From assembly GCA_049969615.1 (NCBI GenBank), contig JBMFOM010000029.1, positions 1-19,211 of the forward strand: DNA of 19,211 nucleotides. The letters run 5' to 3'. The translations under genes were made by a program, and so were the position numbers. Numbering within the stretch: the stretch's first letter is position 1; every line of letters begins with the position of its first letter. Shown one piece after another: positions 9,024-16,486 of this stretch. Source of the stretch: a candidate division WOR-3 bacterium (lineage in GTDB: Bacteria; Hydrothermota; Hydrothermia; JBDRYB01). The notes under the pieces were generated by a model. That model was not told the DNA's origin. It saw only the letters and a program-made list of their open reading frames with translations, and ran no database searches.

Positions 9024-9915
9024 GTGAGGACTCTTGCCTCCGTCACCCTTGTCACGAGCTTGGCGTTCACGGACTTAGTGGAAATGTGGGGGGTTCCCTA
9101 ACGGGCACACAGTTATGCCCATAGCCAGCGAAGGCATAGCCATGGTCGCGGAGACAGCGCGCATAACCCCGAGCGAAAAGTCCATAGAGTGGTATTATCT
9201 CATGGATGTTCAATGCGTCTTCAGGGCAGGGGTGGAGGGCAAACCCGTTCCTGTCAAATTCAAAAACGCTGAGGCTAGCCCGCAGGATAAACTCTTGTAC
9301 TGGCCCATAATCGCGACCTGGAACATGAGCTTTGATCCCGGTGAAAAGAAAAGGCCGATCAATACAGGACCGGGTGGGATGGCCTATAGGGAGACCCCTG
9401 ATAAAGTAGTAATAACCTACTGGCTTGAGCCAGGAGCACTTCGTCCAAGAGAGCAGGGTTCTAGGAGGGGCCCCCTGAAAAATCCCGTCAAGAGGGCATT
9501 CCCTCAGGATTCTCTTCCATCTATGATGAGGCTCACGGATGGGGACAAAGGACAAACCGGGATTTTTCAGGGGTTTCATAGGGGTAGGACCGATTCAATC
9601 AAATCCATAACCCGTTCGGGCGCACTGTGGGATGAGAGGGACCTGACCCTGTATAAGGAATACCCGGCCTTACGGCAGAAATACCTGTTTCTCCTTGAAA
9701 ACCTGGAGGCCGCGTTCGCGGGGACGAAATTCAGGGACTCCGGCCTGGACGCCTTCTTCAGGCTCACGGGTTGGTATATTCACGGAAAAACCTCGCTCTA
9801 CAGCAAGCGAATAAAATCCATCCCCCAAAACAAGTCATCCAATACGGGAATGGCCTTTAGGAGCACCCCCGATCTTACTTGTCAGGGGATGGCCTCATCT
9901 TTTGAATATGGGTAA
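9024..9915 (+). pseudogene. decayed tandem paralog of the DUF4424/YARHG gene, interrupted by MITE copy 3
   Basis: GTG 9024 frame stops after the G6 run (9088-9093); removing one G joins it to ORF 9115. Homologous blocks IAMVAETA, WNMSFDPG, ITRSGALW and AFAGTKFRD...FF...WY are separated by large deletions. Confidence 0.8.
9391..9577 (-). mobile_element. MITE-like repeat family A, copy 3 (187 bp), with 5-bp target-site duplication ATAGG
   Basis: ATAGG|GAGACCCCTGA...TCAGGGGTTTC|ATAGG; perfect 16-bp inverted repeat 9472-9487/9558-9573. Confidence 0.92.
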
Positions 9916-10282
9916 GAAACGCAGAAAAAAGAGGCGCGGAAGCCTTTTCTTGATTTACCTTATTATAGCGGCCCTGTCGGCAATCCTTTCGATCTGCTTG
10001 TTCTGCTCGTTCTCATATGTCCTAACCCAACACGGCGCCATCAGCCCTTTTGAGAGATTCGGCGAGGGACTCTTTTTCTTCTGCGCGGGGCCGCTGATCC
10101 TGGCCATGCTAATCGCGATAACAGCGGGACTGATAGCCAGGAGATATGGGGACAAGCTCGCCCCTATCAATGACTACATTGACGCTGGAATTTCATACGC
10201 CCTGGAAGCAGAGGATGTCCCGGAAACGAAAGAGGAGAAGCCACCGGGGGATGAAACAGGCGGAAAGAGCTTAACCGAATAG
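9908..10282 (+). CDS. small membrane protein (basic N-terminus, two TM helices, acidic tail)
   Basis: MGKKRRKKRR followed by two hydrophobic segments. Confidence 0.7.
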   Translation: MGKKRRKKRRGSLFLIYLIIAALSAILSICLFCSFSYVLTQHGAISPFERFGEGLFFFCAGPLILAMLIAITAGLIARRYGDKLAPINDYIDAGISYALEAEDVPETKEEKPPGDETGGKSLTE

Positions 10283-10285
10283 GGG

Positions 10286-10473
10286 GAAACACTCTGATAA
10301 AGTAGTAATAACTCGCTGATTTGGGTGAGGAGCACTTTGTCCAAGAGAACAGGTTTCTAAGAGGTGTCCCCTGAAAAATCCCGCAATAACGGTATTTCCT
10401 TAGGGTTCTCTTATGGCTATGATGGGGCTTTCGGATAAAGACCAAGGACAAACCAGGATTTTTCAGGGGTTTC
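10286..10473 (-). mobile_element. MITE-like repeat family A, copy 4 (188 bp)
   Basis: GAAACACTCTGATAAAGTAGTAATAAC...GGATTTTTCAGGGGTTTC; begins 3 nt after the upstream stop codon. Confidence 0.87.
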
Positions 10474-10501
10474 CGTGCCGCAAAATCTGGGTTCATAACA
10501 C

Positions 10502-10530
10502 ATGATCCTGCGCGTGAAATGGATTATAAT
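10502..10530 (+). promoter_or_regulatory. promoter ATGATC-17-TATAAT, 6 nt before in-frame GTG 10537
   Basis: TATAAT 10525-10530; GTG 10537 is in frame with the methyltransferase; the -35 contains GATC. Confidence 0.6.
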
Positions 10531-10536
10531 TTAGCC

Positions 10537-11421
10537 GTGGCTGGAAAGGACGGCCTGCCAAAGCCATTCCTGAAATGGGCTGGTGGAAAGGCGCAGATCT
10601 TGTCAGAGCTCCTGAACCGGCTCCCCCCGAATTTCAACGATTATCACGAGCCGTTTCTCGGCGGGGGCGCGCTGTTCTTCGCGCTCGCTAGGGACGGTCG
10701 TCTGGCGGGCAAAAAGGTCTTCCTCTCGGATTCAAACCCGGAGCTGGTGAACGTTTTCCTGGTTGTAAGGGACAACCCTCACGAACTGCTTGAACTTCTC
10801 CGGAAATATCAGAACAAGAATACCAAGGAGGAATATTACGGGATACGAACCGAGAGGCCTCGTTCTCCGATCCGAAGGGCCGCGAGACTCATCTATCTCA
10901 ACCGGACCTGCTACAATGGCCTTTACAGGGTCAATTCAGAGGGTGAGTTCAATGTGCCTTTTGGCCGATACAAAAACCCTAAGATCTACGATCCGGAGAA
11001 CATTCTGGCCGCGAGCGAGGCCCTGAAGGATACTGAGATACTGTGCGAGGATTTTGAGGCTGTGCTATCCCGCGCAAAGCCAAGGGATTTCGTTTATTTT
11101 GACCCGCCATACTATCCCCTGTCTCCAACAGCGAATTTCTCGGATTATACCTCCAATGGTTTTTCGGAGGAGGATCACATCCGCCTTGCCCACGCCTTTG
11201 CCGCGCTCGCTGAGAAGGGTGTTCTGGTCATGGAATCAAACTCGGACACCCGGTTCGTGAGAGAACACTACGAGGCCTGGCGCATCGCGAGGATCAAAGC
11301 AATGAGATCTATTAACTCAAAAGGAGACCGGAGGGGGCCGGTTGGAGAACTGATAATAATGAGCTATATCAGAAGGAGACGCGATGCCAGACACAAGAAT
11401 CGGAAACCAATTCAGGAATGA
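10537..11421 (+). CDS. dam: DNA adenine methyltransferase, Dam/DpnM (D12) family, probably GATC-specific
   Basis: KPFLKWAGGK, EPFLGGGA, NGLYRVNSEGEFNVPFGRYKNP and catalytic DPPY. Confidence 0.92.
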   Translation: MAGKDGLPKPFLKWAGGKAQILSELLNRLPPNFNDYHEPFLGGGALFFALARDGRLAGKKVFLSDSNPELVNVFLVVRDNPHELLELLRKYQNKNTKEEYYGIRTERPRSPIRRAARLIYLNRTCYNGLYRVNSEGEFNVPFGRYKNPKIYDPENILAASEALKDTEILCEDFEAVLSRAKPRDFVYFDPPYYPLSPTANFSDYTSNGFSEEDHIRLAHAFAALAEKGVLVMESNSDTRFVREHYEAWRIARIKAMRSINSKGDRRGPVGELIIMSYIRRRRDARHKNRKPIQE

Positions 11422-11842
11422 TCTTAAAGAGTATATAATCTCCTGGAATGAGGATATTGAGATATTGGAGGAGAAGCCAGTGGGCTGGAGGTTCGTTGGA
11501 ATACCCAGAAAACTGGATCTCATCCTGAAACACGAGAGCAGGTATCTCGGCATAGAGGCTAAATATCAGGGTGGAGGTGGAACGGTCGATCAGAAGCTTA
11601 TCTATACCCTTGAGGATGCCAAATCAAGCCCTATCCCCACGCTGGTCGTTTTTGCAGGAAAAGTGACAAGAGACATCAAAGCAAAGCTCGTTACCTCAGG
11701 CATAGGTTTAGAGCTTGAGTATGACCCTTCTGCTCCCAATGGAAAGCGATTGACGGATCCTTACGAGATATTCAGACAGAGGGTCTATATTGAGCTCGGA
11801 CTTGATTGGTTCAAGCTATTCAAAGATAAGGGAACGACATGA
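11384..11842 (+). CDS. small PD-(D/E)xK-superfamily nuclease
   Basis: 152 aa with LDLIL...IEAKYQGGGGTVDQKL; overlaps the methyltransferase end and the dxr start (ATGA). Confidence 0.75.
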   Translation: MPDTRIGNQFRNDLKEYIISWNEDIEILEEKPVGWRFVGIPRKLDLILKHESRYLGIEAKYQGGGGTVDQKLIYTLEDAKSSPIPTLVVFAGKVTRDIKAKLVTSGIGLELEYDPSAPNGKRLTDPYEIFRQRVYIELGLDWFKLFKDKGTT

Positions 11843-12960
11843 AAAACATCGCCCTCCTCGGTGGAACCGGTTCCATTGGAAAGAGCACCCTTTCGGTCAT
11901 TGCCCGGTATTCGGATCGTTTTCGCCTGGTCGCGGTCTCCGGCCACAGGAACAACGACGCTCTTCTGGAAATAGCCCAGCGCTTCAAGCCTGACGCAGTC
12001 GCGATAACCTCGGATGCTCCTTTTCCTACGGAGGCCTGGCGGTTATACAGGGGAACCGATGGCTTGGTTGAACTCTCGGAGCGTGAGGACTATGACATCC
12101 TGGTCGTGGCAACGACCGGCGTCGCGGGCGCGCTTCCAACCATAAGGGCGCTTGAGCGGGGCAAGCGCGTTGCCCTGGCGAACAAGGAGACCCTCGTCTC
12201 GTTTGGGCCCTTGGTTCTTGAGGCCCTCAAAAAAGGTGGCGAGCTCATTCCCGTTGATTCCGAACACTCAGCGCTGTTTCAGCTCCTTGAGGGCAGGAGG
12301 CACGAGGCCATCAGATTGATAATAACCTCGTCCGGCGGGCCATTCAGGGGCAAAAAGGCCTCAGCCCTGAAAAAGGTGACCCCAGCACAGGCACTCCGGC
12401 ACCCGACCTGGTCAATGGGGCCGAAGATAACCATTGATTCCGCAACCCTCATGAACAAGGTCCTTGAGGTCATAGAAGCGCACTTTCTATTCGGTTTTTC
12501 GCCCCAGAACATATCCGTGGTAATTCATCCCACCAGCACTGTCCACGCTTTGGTCCAGCTCAGGGACAACATGCTCCTTGCTCACATGGGTCTGCCGGAC
12601 ATGCGCGTCCCCATACAATATGCCCTGAGCTACCCGGAGCGTCTCCAGTCTGATGTCCAGGAGCTTCATCTCGGCGACCTCATTCTTGAGTTCCAGGAAC
12701 CTGACACCGGGACTTTCCGGCTCCTGCCCCTGGCATGGGAAGCTTTGGGCAAAGGAGGCACCGCGCCCGCTGTCCTCAACGCGGCCAACGAGGTCGCGGT
12801 CAATGCTTTTCTAGAGGAGAAGCTCTCTTTCCTGGGAATAACCGACATAGTTGAGATGGTCTTCAGAGAACACATTCCCTCGCCCGTGAAGGAGCTAAAG
12901 GATGTCCTTGAGGCTGATGTTTGGGCAAGGGAGAGAACGAGGGAAATCATTGGAAAATAG
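11839..12960 (+). CDS. dxr: 1-deoxy-D-xylulose-5-phosphate reductoisomerase
   Basis: LGGTGSIG, LANKE, PVDSEHSA, SGGPFR, HPTWSMGPKITIDSATLMNK, DMRVPI, NAANE. Confidence 0.98.
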   Translation: MKNIALLGGTGSIGKSTLSVIARYSDRFRLVAVSGHRNNDALLEIAQRFKPDAVAITSDAPFPTEAWRLYRGTDGLVELSEREDYDILVVATTGVAGALPTIRALERGKRVALANKETLVSFGPLVLEALKKGGELIPVDSEHSALFQLLEGRRHEAIRLIITSSGGPFRGKKASALKKVTPAQALRHPTWSMGPKITIDSATLMNKVLEVIEAHFLFGFSPQNISVVIHPTSTVHALVQLRDNMLLAHMGLPDMRVPIQYALSYPERLQSDVQELHLGDLILEFQEPDTGTFRLLPLAWEALGKGGTAPAVLNAANEVAVNAFLEEKLSFLGITDIVEMVFREHIPSPVKELKDVLEADVWARERTREIIGK

Positions 12961-13068
12961 AGCCTGTCCCAGAATAGGGTTATTGAGAAGCTGTCTCAGA
13001 TAAGATCCGCTCCGGGCCCCATTCTCAGAATTGAGGGGCGTCAAAAAATCGTATTGTGAGACAGGCTC
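12960..13068. mobile_element. MITE-like element family B (109 bp, 17-bp imperfect terminal inverted repeats)
   Basis: GAGCCTGTCCCAGAATA (12960-12976) versus TATTGTGAGACAGGCTC (13052-13068), 15/17 complementary; a matching end occurs at 16319. Confidence 0.65.
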
Positions 13069-13136
13069 AATCTGGGTTACAATGGCCATAGGCATTCCAA
13101 GACCATTTGGGAAAAGGGTCGCCTGTCCACCCGCGT

Positions 13137-13166
13137 TTGATCTATAGTTCTGCTTTGGAATATACT
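13137..13166 (+). promoter_or_regulatory. promoter TTGATC-18-TATACT, 6 nt before ATG 13173
   Basis: TTGATC 13137-13142, TATACT 13161-13166, ATG 13173. Confidence 0.7.
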
Positions 13167-13172
13167 TCTCCA

Positions 13173-14153
13173 ATGCCGGATCCTGTTTTGAATTTCTTTG
13201 GCCTCATCGTTTCTGTTTTCTTTGGCATAGTCCTGACCTTCCTCTACTGGCTGATGATATGGTGGCTTGATAGGTTTGAGAAGGAACCGCTCTGGCTTCT
13301 GACCGCGCTGTTTCTGTGGGGCGCGATAGTTGTTCCCGTTCTGGCCGTTGTCTTTGAGCTGGTGGCCGAAGGCATTGCCGGCATAGTTATATCAGGAACC
13401 CCACTTGAGTTCACCTCTGTCTCGCTCATAGCTCCAATAGTTGAGGAGATCTTCAAGGGAATCGGCGTCCTCGCGGTCGTGGCCTTCAGGGAGTTTGACG
13501 ACGCGCTGGATGGTCTGGTCTATGGCGCGACTGTTGGCCTGGGTTTTGCCATCACCGAGAACATGCTCTATTTTTTTGGGAACTTCGTGGGAGGGGTGCC
13601 GGTTTTCTTCGTGTTCCTGCTTAGAAGCATTGTTTTTGGCCTGAACCACGCTCTTTTCACGGGGGTTTTTGGCCTTTTCCTCGGTTTGGCAAAGGTTTCC
13701 AGAAACATCCTCCTCAGGATAATCTGGGTATTTTTCGGATTTGCCCTCGCTCTCTCCATGCACGCTAGCCACAACGCTCTCGTTTCCTTCTTTGACATTC
13801 AAGGGGTCATCGCCTCAGCCGCTTTCTATTCCCTCACGGTCTTGCTAATACTCGTTGGGGCCTTCGTGATGCTTTATTTTGAGAGAAAGTGGATACGCCA
13901 ATATCTCTGGGAGGAAGTCCAGAATGGCCTCATAACCCAGGAGGTCTATAGGAGGGTCTATAGCTGGTCTTGCCTGACCAAAGAGGCCCATGTCCTCTTC
14001 ACCGGTGGTTGGGGAGCCTACATCAGAGCCAAGAACGCCAGACACCTCCTGGCCAGGCTGGCAATGAGGAAGAAGGCTTATCAGAAAACCGGCAACCCCG
14101 CTTATTTAAAGGATATTGAGGACATAAGGTCGCGAATAAGGAGAGCCGCTTGA
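13173..14153 (+). CDS. PrsW-family intramembrane protease
   Basis: DRFEKEP, APIVEEIFK, DGLVYGATVGLGFAITEN, NHALFTG, HASHN. Confidence 0.93.
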   Translation: MPDPVLNFFGLIVSVFFGIVLTFLYWLMIWWLDRFEKEPLWLLTALFLWGAIVVPVLAVVFELVAEGIAGIVISGTPLEFTSVSLIAPIVEEIFKGIGVLAVVAFREFDDALDGLVYGATVGLGFAITENMLYFFGNFVGGVPVFFVFLLRSIVFGLNHALFTGVFGLFLGLAKVSRNILLRIIWVFFGFALALSMHASHNALVSFFDIQGVIASAAFYSLTVLLILVGAFVMLYFERKWIRQYLWEEVQNGLITQEVYRRVYSWSCLTKEAHVLFTGGWGAYIRAKNARHLLARLAMRKKAYQKTGNPAYLKDIEDIRSRIRRAA

Positions 14154-14764
14154 TCCTCCTGCTGTTGGCCCTGGACAACGCGGATTCCCTTCTGGCAAAA
14201 GCAATTTACCACCACCAGAGAAAGGAATATTCGGAGGCCCTGTCCCTCTACAAGCAAGTCGTCGCCATGGATTCAACCCGGGTCATGCCGTGGTTCGCGC
14301 TCGGCCTGGTTTATCACGAATTGGACAGCCTTCCCCAGGCCAGGCAAGCATATGAGAGGACGTTTGCCCTTTCGCCAGATGAGCCGAAACCCCTCTTCAA
14401 CATCGGCATAACCTATGAGGAGGAGGGAAACATCCCTATGGCCCTTGAGAGCTACCGGAGGGCGCTTTCCGTGAATCCTGGATACCCAAAGGCGCTTTTC
14501 AATATGGGTCTTGATTTTGCGGAGACGGGCTTGCCGGATTCTGCCGAGATATATCTCAAGAGGGCCGTGAAATCCGATCCCGGCTATCACGAGGCCTGGT
14601 ATAGGCTCGCGGCCTTCTATGCGAATAAAGGGAGAACCACAGACGCCCTGGCTGCGCTTTCAAAGGCTATGGAGATTGATCCTGGCTATGCCTTGCTCGC
14701 AAAAGAGGATCCTTCCTTCGCGAGACTCTGGGATGACGAGAGGTTCAAGAGGTTGGTCAGATAA
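14150..14764 (+). CDS. tetratricopeptide repeat protein, probably exported
   Basis: Several TPRs and C-terminal AKEDPSFARL; TTG start overlaps the PrsW stop. Confidence 0.88.
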   Translation: MILLLLALDNADSLLAKAIYHHQRKEYSEALSLYKQVVAMDSTRVMPWFALGLVYHELDSLPQARQAYERTFALSPDEPKPLFNIGITYEEEGNIPMALESYRRALSVNPGYPKALFNMGLDFAETGLPDSAEIYLKRAVKSDPGYHEAWYRLAAFYANKGRTTDALAALSKAMEIDPGYALLAKEDPSFARLWDDERFKRLVR

Positions 14765-14767
14765 TCA

Positions 14768-14878
14768 CCACCTCACCCCAACAGAAGTGAAAAGGTGGGT
14801 TTACCTCCACGGGTTTTGAAAAGCCCAGCTCATAGGTTGTCGTGGCCGCGTTGAGCCTGATGCCTATCAGCGCGCTCA
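14768..14878. terminator. cluster of hairpins between convergent genes, possible terminator
   Basis: CCACCT/AGGTGG (14768-14798), GGGTTTT/AAAAGCCC (14811-14826), TGAGC-CTGAT/ATCAG-GCTCA (14852-14878); no good U-tract. Confidence 0.3.
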
Positions 14879-16189
14879 CAGGTTGGGCAGATACTCCCTG
14901 ATCTCGTAATCCGTGACCTGTATCCTGTAGCGTTCCCATTCCTCACGCTTGTTCGCCACATACTTGGCAAAGAGCTCCGGTCCGAGCGCTTCCCTAACCA
15001 CCTCGCTCTTCTCCATGACCTCGGTCGCGGAGTACAGGCTGTCCGGAAGGGCATCTATTCCGTATTCGCGCTTTGCCTCTTCCGGAAGGCGATATATGTC
15101 CTCCTCCACCGGCTCCGGCAGGGGATAATTTTTCTCTATACCCGCGAGGCCGGCCGCGAGCATCACAGAGAAAGCCAGGTATGGGTTGCAGGCCGGATCC
15201 GGCGCGCGATACTCTGCCCTGCATGAGGACGATTTTCCCTCTTTGAAGCCAGGAACCCTCACTAGGGCGCTCCGGTTCTTCCTTCCCCAGCATATATAGA
15301 CAGGCGCCTCGTATCCCACTACAAGGCGTTTGTATGAATTGACCCACTGGTTCGTGATTGCTGTTATCTCCCTCGCGTGCCTGAGCAGGCCGGCTATAAA
15401 ACCCTTCGCCACATCGGAGAGGTTATAGGGTTTGGAATCTGAATAGAATGCGTTCTCCCCTTCACGAAAGAGGCTCTGGTGAACATGCATGCCAGAGCCA
15501 TTTATGCCGAAGACCGGCTTTGGCATGAAGGAGGCGAATAACCCGTGGGCCATCGCCTTCTCCTTTATTATGACCTTCGCGACCTGAAGCAGATCGGCCA
15601 TGTAGAGCGCGTCAGAATACTTGAAATCAATCTCATGCTGAGAATGCGCGACCTCGTGGTGGCTAGCCTCAACCCTGAACCCCATTTCCATGAGAGCGAG
15701 AACCGCGTCCTTCCTCGCCGCTGAGGCCTTGTTCAGGGGCATTATGTCAAAATAGCCGCCCTTGTCCACCGGCGTCGGGTCCTTTTCGTTTGGAAAGTAG
15801 AAAAATTCCAATTCTGGCCCAACATAATATTCATAACCCAGGTCATTAGCTTTCTGGAGGTTCCTCTTGAGGACGCCGCGCGGGTCAGATTCAAACGGCC
15901 TTCCGTCCGGATACCTTATGTCGCAGATCAATATCGCGGTCGGGATGTTTCCCACGCCCTCCGGGAGAATCTTGAAGGTCTTTGGGTCAGGGAAAGCAAT
16001 GAGGTCGGATTCCTCTATGCGCACGAATCCCTCAACGGATGAGCCATCAAACATTATGCCCTCCGATAGTCCTCTTTCCAGCTCTCCGGTTGTGATGTTG
16101 AATCCCTTGAGCCTGCCAAGCACATCCGTTAGCCAGAACCGAACGGCCTCTATCTTTCTGTCCTTTACTGTCCTGAGGATTTCCTCCAT
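14876..16189 (-). CDS. glnA: type I glutamine synthetase
   Basis: FDGSSVEGF, GPELEFF, HHEVA, FMPKP, NGSGMHVHQS, NSYKRLVVGYEAP, NRSALVRVP, EYRAPDPACNPY. Start taken at MEEILRTVK. Confidence 0.97.
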   Translation of the reverse strand: MEEILRTVKDRKIEAVRFWLTDVLGRLKGFNITTGELERGLSEGIMFDGSSVEGFVRIEESDLIAFPDPKTFKILPEGVGNIPTAILICDIRYPDGRPFESDPRGVLKRNLQKANDLGYEYYVGPELEFFYFPNEKDPTPVDKGGYFDIMPLNKASAARKDAVLALMEMGFRVEASHHEVAHSQHEIDFKYSDALYMADLLQVAKVIIKEKAMAHGLFASFMPKPVFGINGSGMHVHQSLFREGENAFYSDSKPYNLSDVAKGFIAGLLRHAREITAITNQWVNSYKRLVVGYEAPVYICWGRKNRSALVRVPGFKEGKSSSCRAEYRAPDPACNPYLAFSVMLAAGLAGIEKNYPLPEPVEEDIYRLPEEAKREYGIDALPDSLYSATEVMEKSEVVREALGPELFAKYVANKREEWERYRIQVTDYEIREYLPNL

Positions 16190-16318
16190 AAGCCGAAAAT
16201 TTTCATGTATGACATTGGTCCGGTTCAACCAAACCGACTCTGCGTGACCCTTTGCCCGGCTGTGTTCTCTTGGTCCCATCCAAGAGGGGCAATGGGTTGG
16301 CGGTTTCGGAGCAAAAAT

Positions 16319-16333
16319 GAGCCTGTCCCACTA
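16319..16333 (+). repeat. isolated family B terminus abutting MITE A copy 5
   Basis: GAGCCTGTCCCA identical to 12960-12971. Confidence 0.5.
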
Positions 16334-16334
16334 T

Positions 16335-16486
16335 GAGACCCCTGATAAAAGCAATAATAGCTTACTGGTTTGGGGGAGGGGCACCTTGTCCAAGAGAACA
16401 GGGTTCTAAGAGGGCCCCCTGAAAAATCCCGCTAGAAGGGCATTCCCTCAGGGTTCTCTTCTAGCTATGATGAGGCTCCCGGATGG
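16335..16486 (-). mobile_element. MITE-like repeat family A, copy 5 (truncated, ~152 bp)
   Basis: GAGACCCCTGATAAA...GATGAGGCTCCCGGATGG; similarity then stops and the second end is missing. Confidence 0.87.

Noticed and set aside
9088-9093. G6 tract as a phase-variation switch
   Set aside because: Tract is short and the gene has other lesions.
9391-9577. Repeat A as a conserved structured ncRNA
   Set aside because: Small hairpins in copy 3 (CTGGCT/AGCCAG, GAGGG/CCCTC) are broken without compensation in other copies; the target duplication favours a mobile element. Not formally tested.
1250-10496. Short ORFs 1250-1516, 3365-3646, 9067-9579, 10167-10496 and the 5' part of 3639-3905 as genes
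   Set aside because: Their mutual similarity comes from reading through repeat A.
16200-16220. GlnR/TnrA box
   Set aside because: Only one TGTCA half-site; TGTNA-N7-TNACA is not satisfied.
16190-16279. 30-aa N-terminal extension of GlnA
   Set aside because: GlnA similarity begins at MEEIL (16189) and the extension contains the predicted promoter.
1290-16486. Repeat A as a CRISPR array or integron attC cassette array
   Set aside because: Copies are dispersed, in both orientations, lack regular spacers and RYYYAAC/GTTRRRY cores, and flank housekeeping genes; no cas or intI gene.
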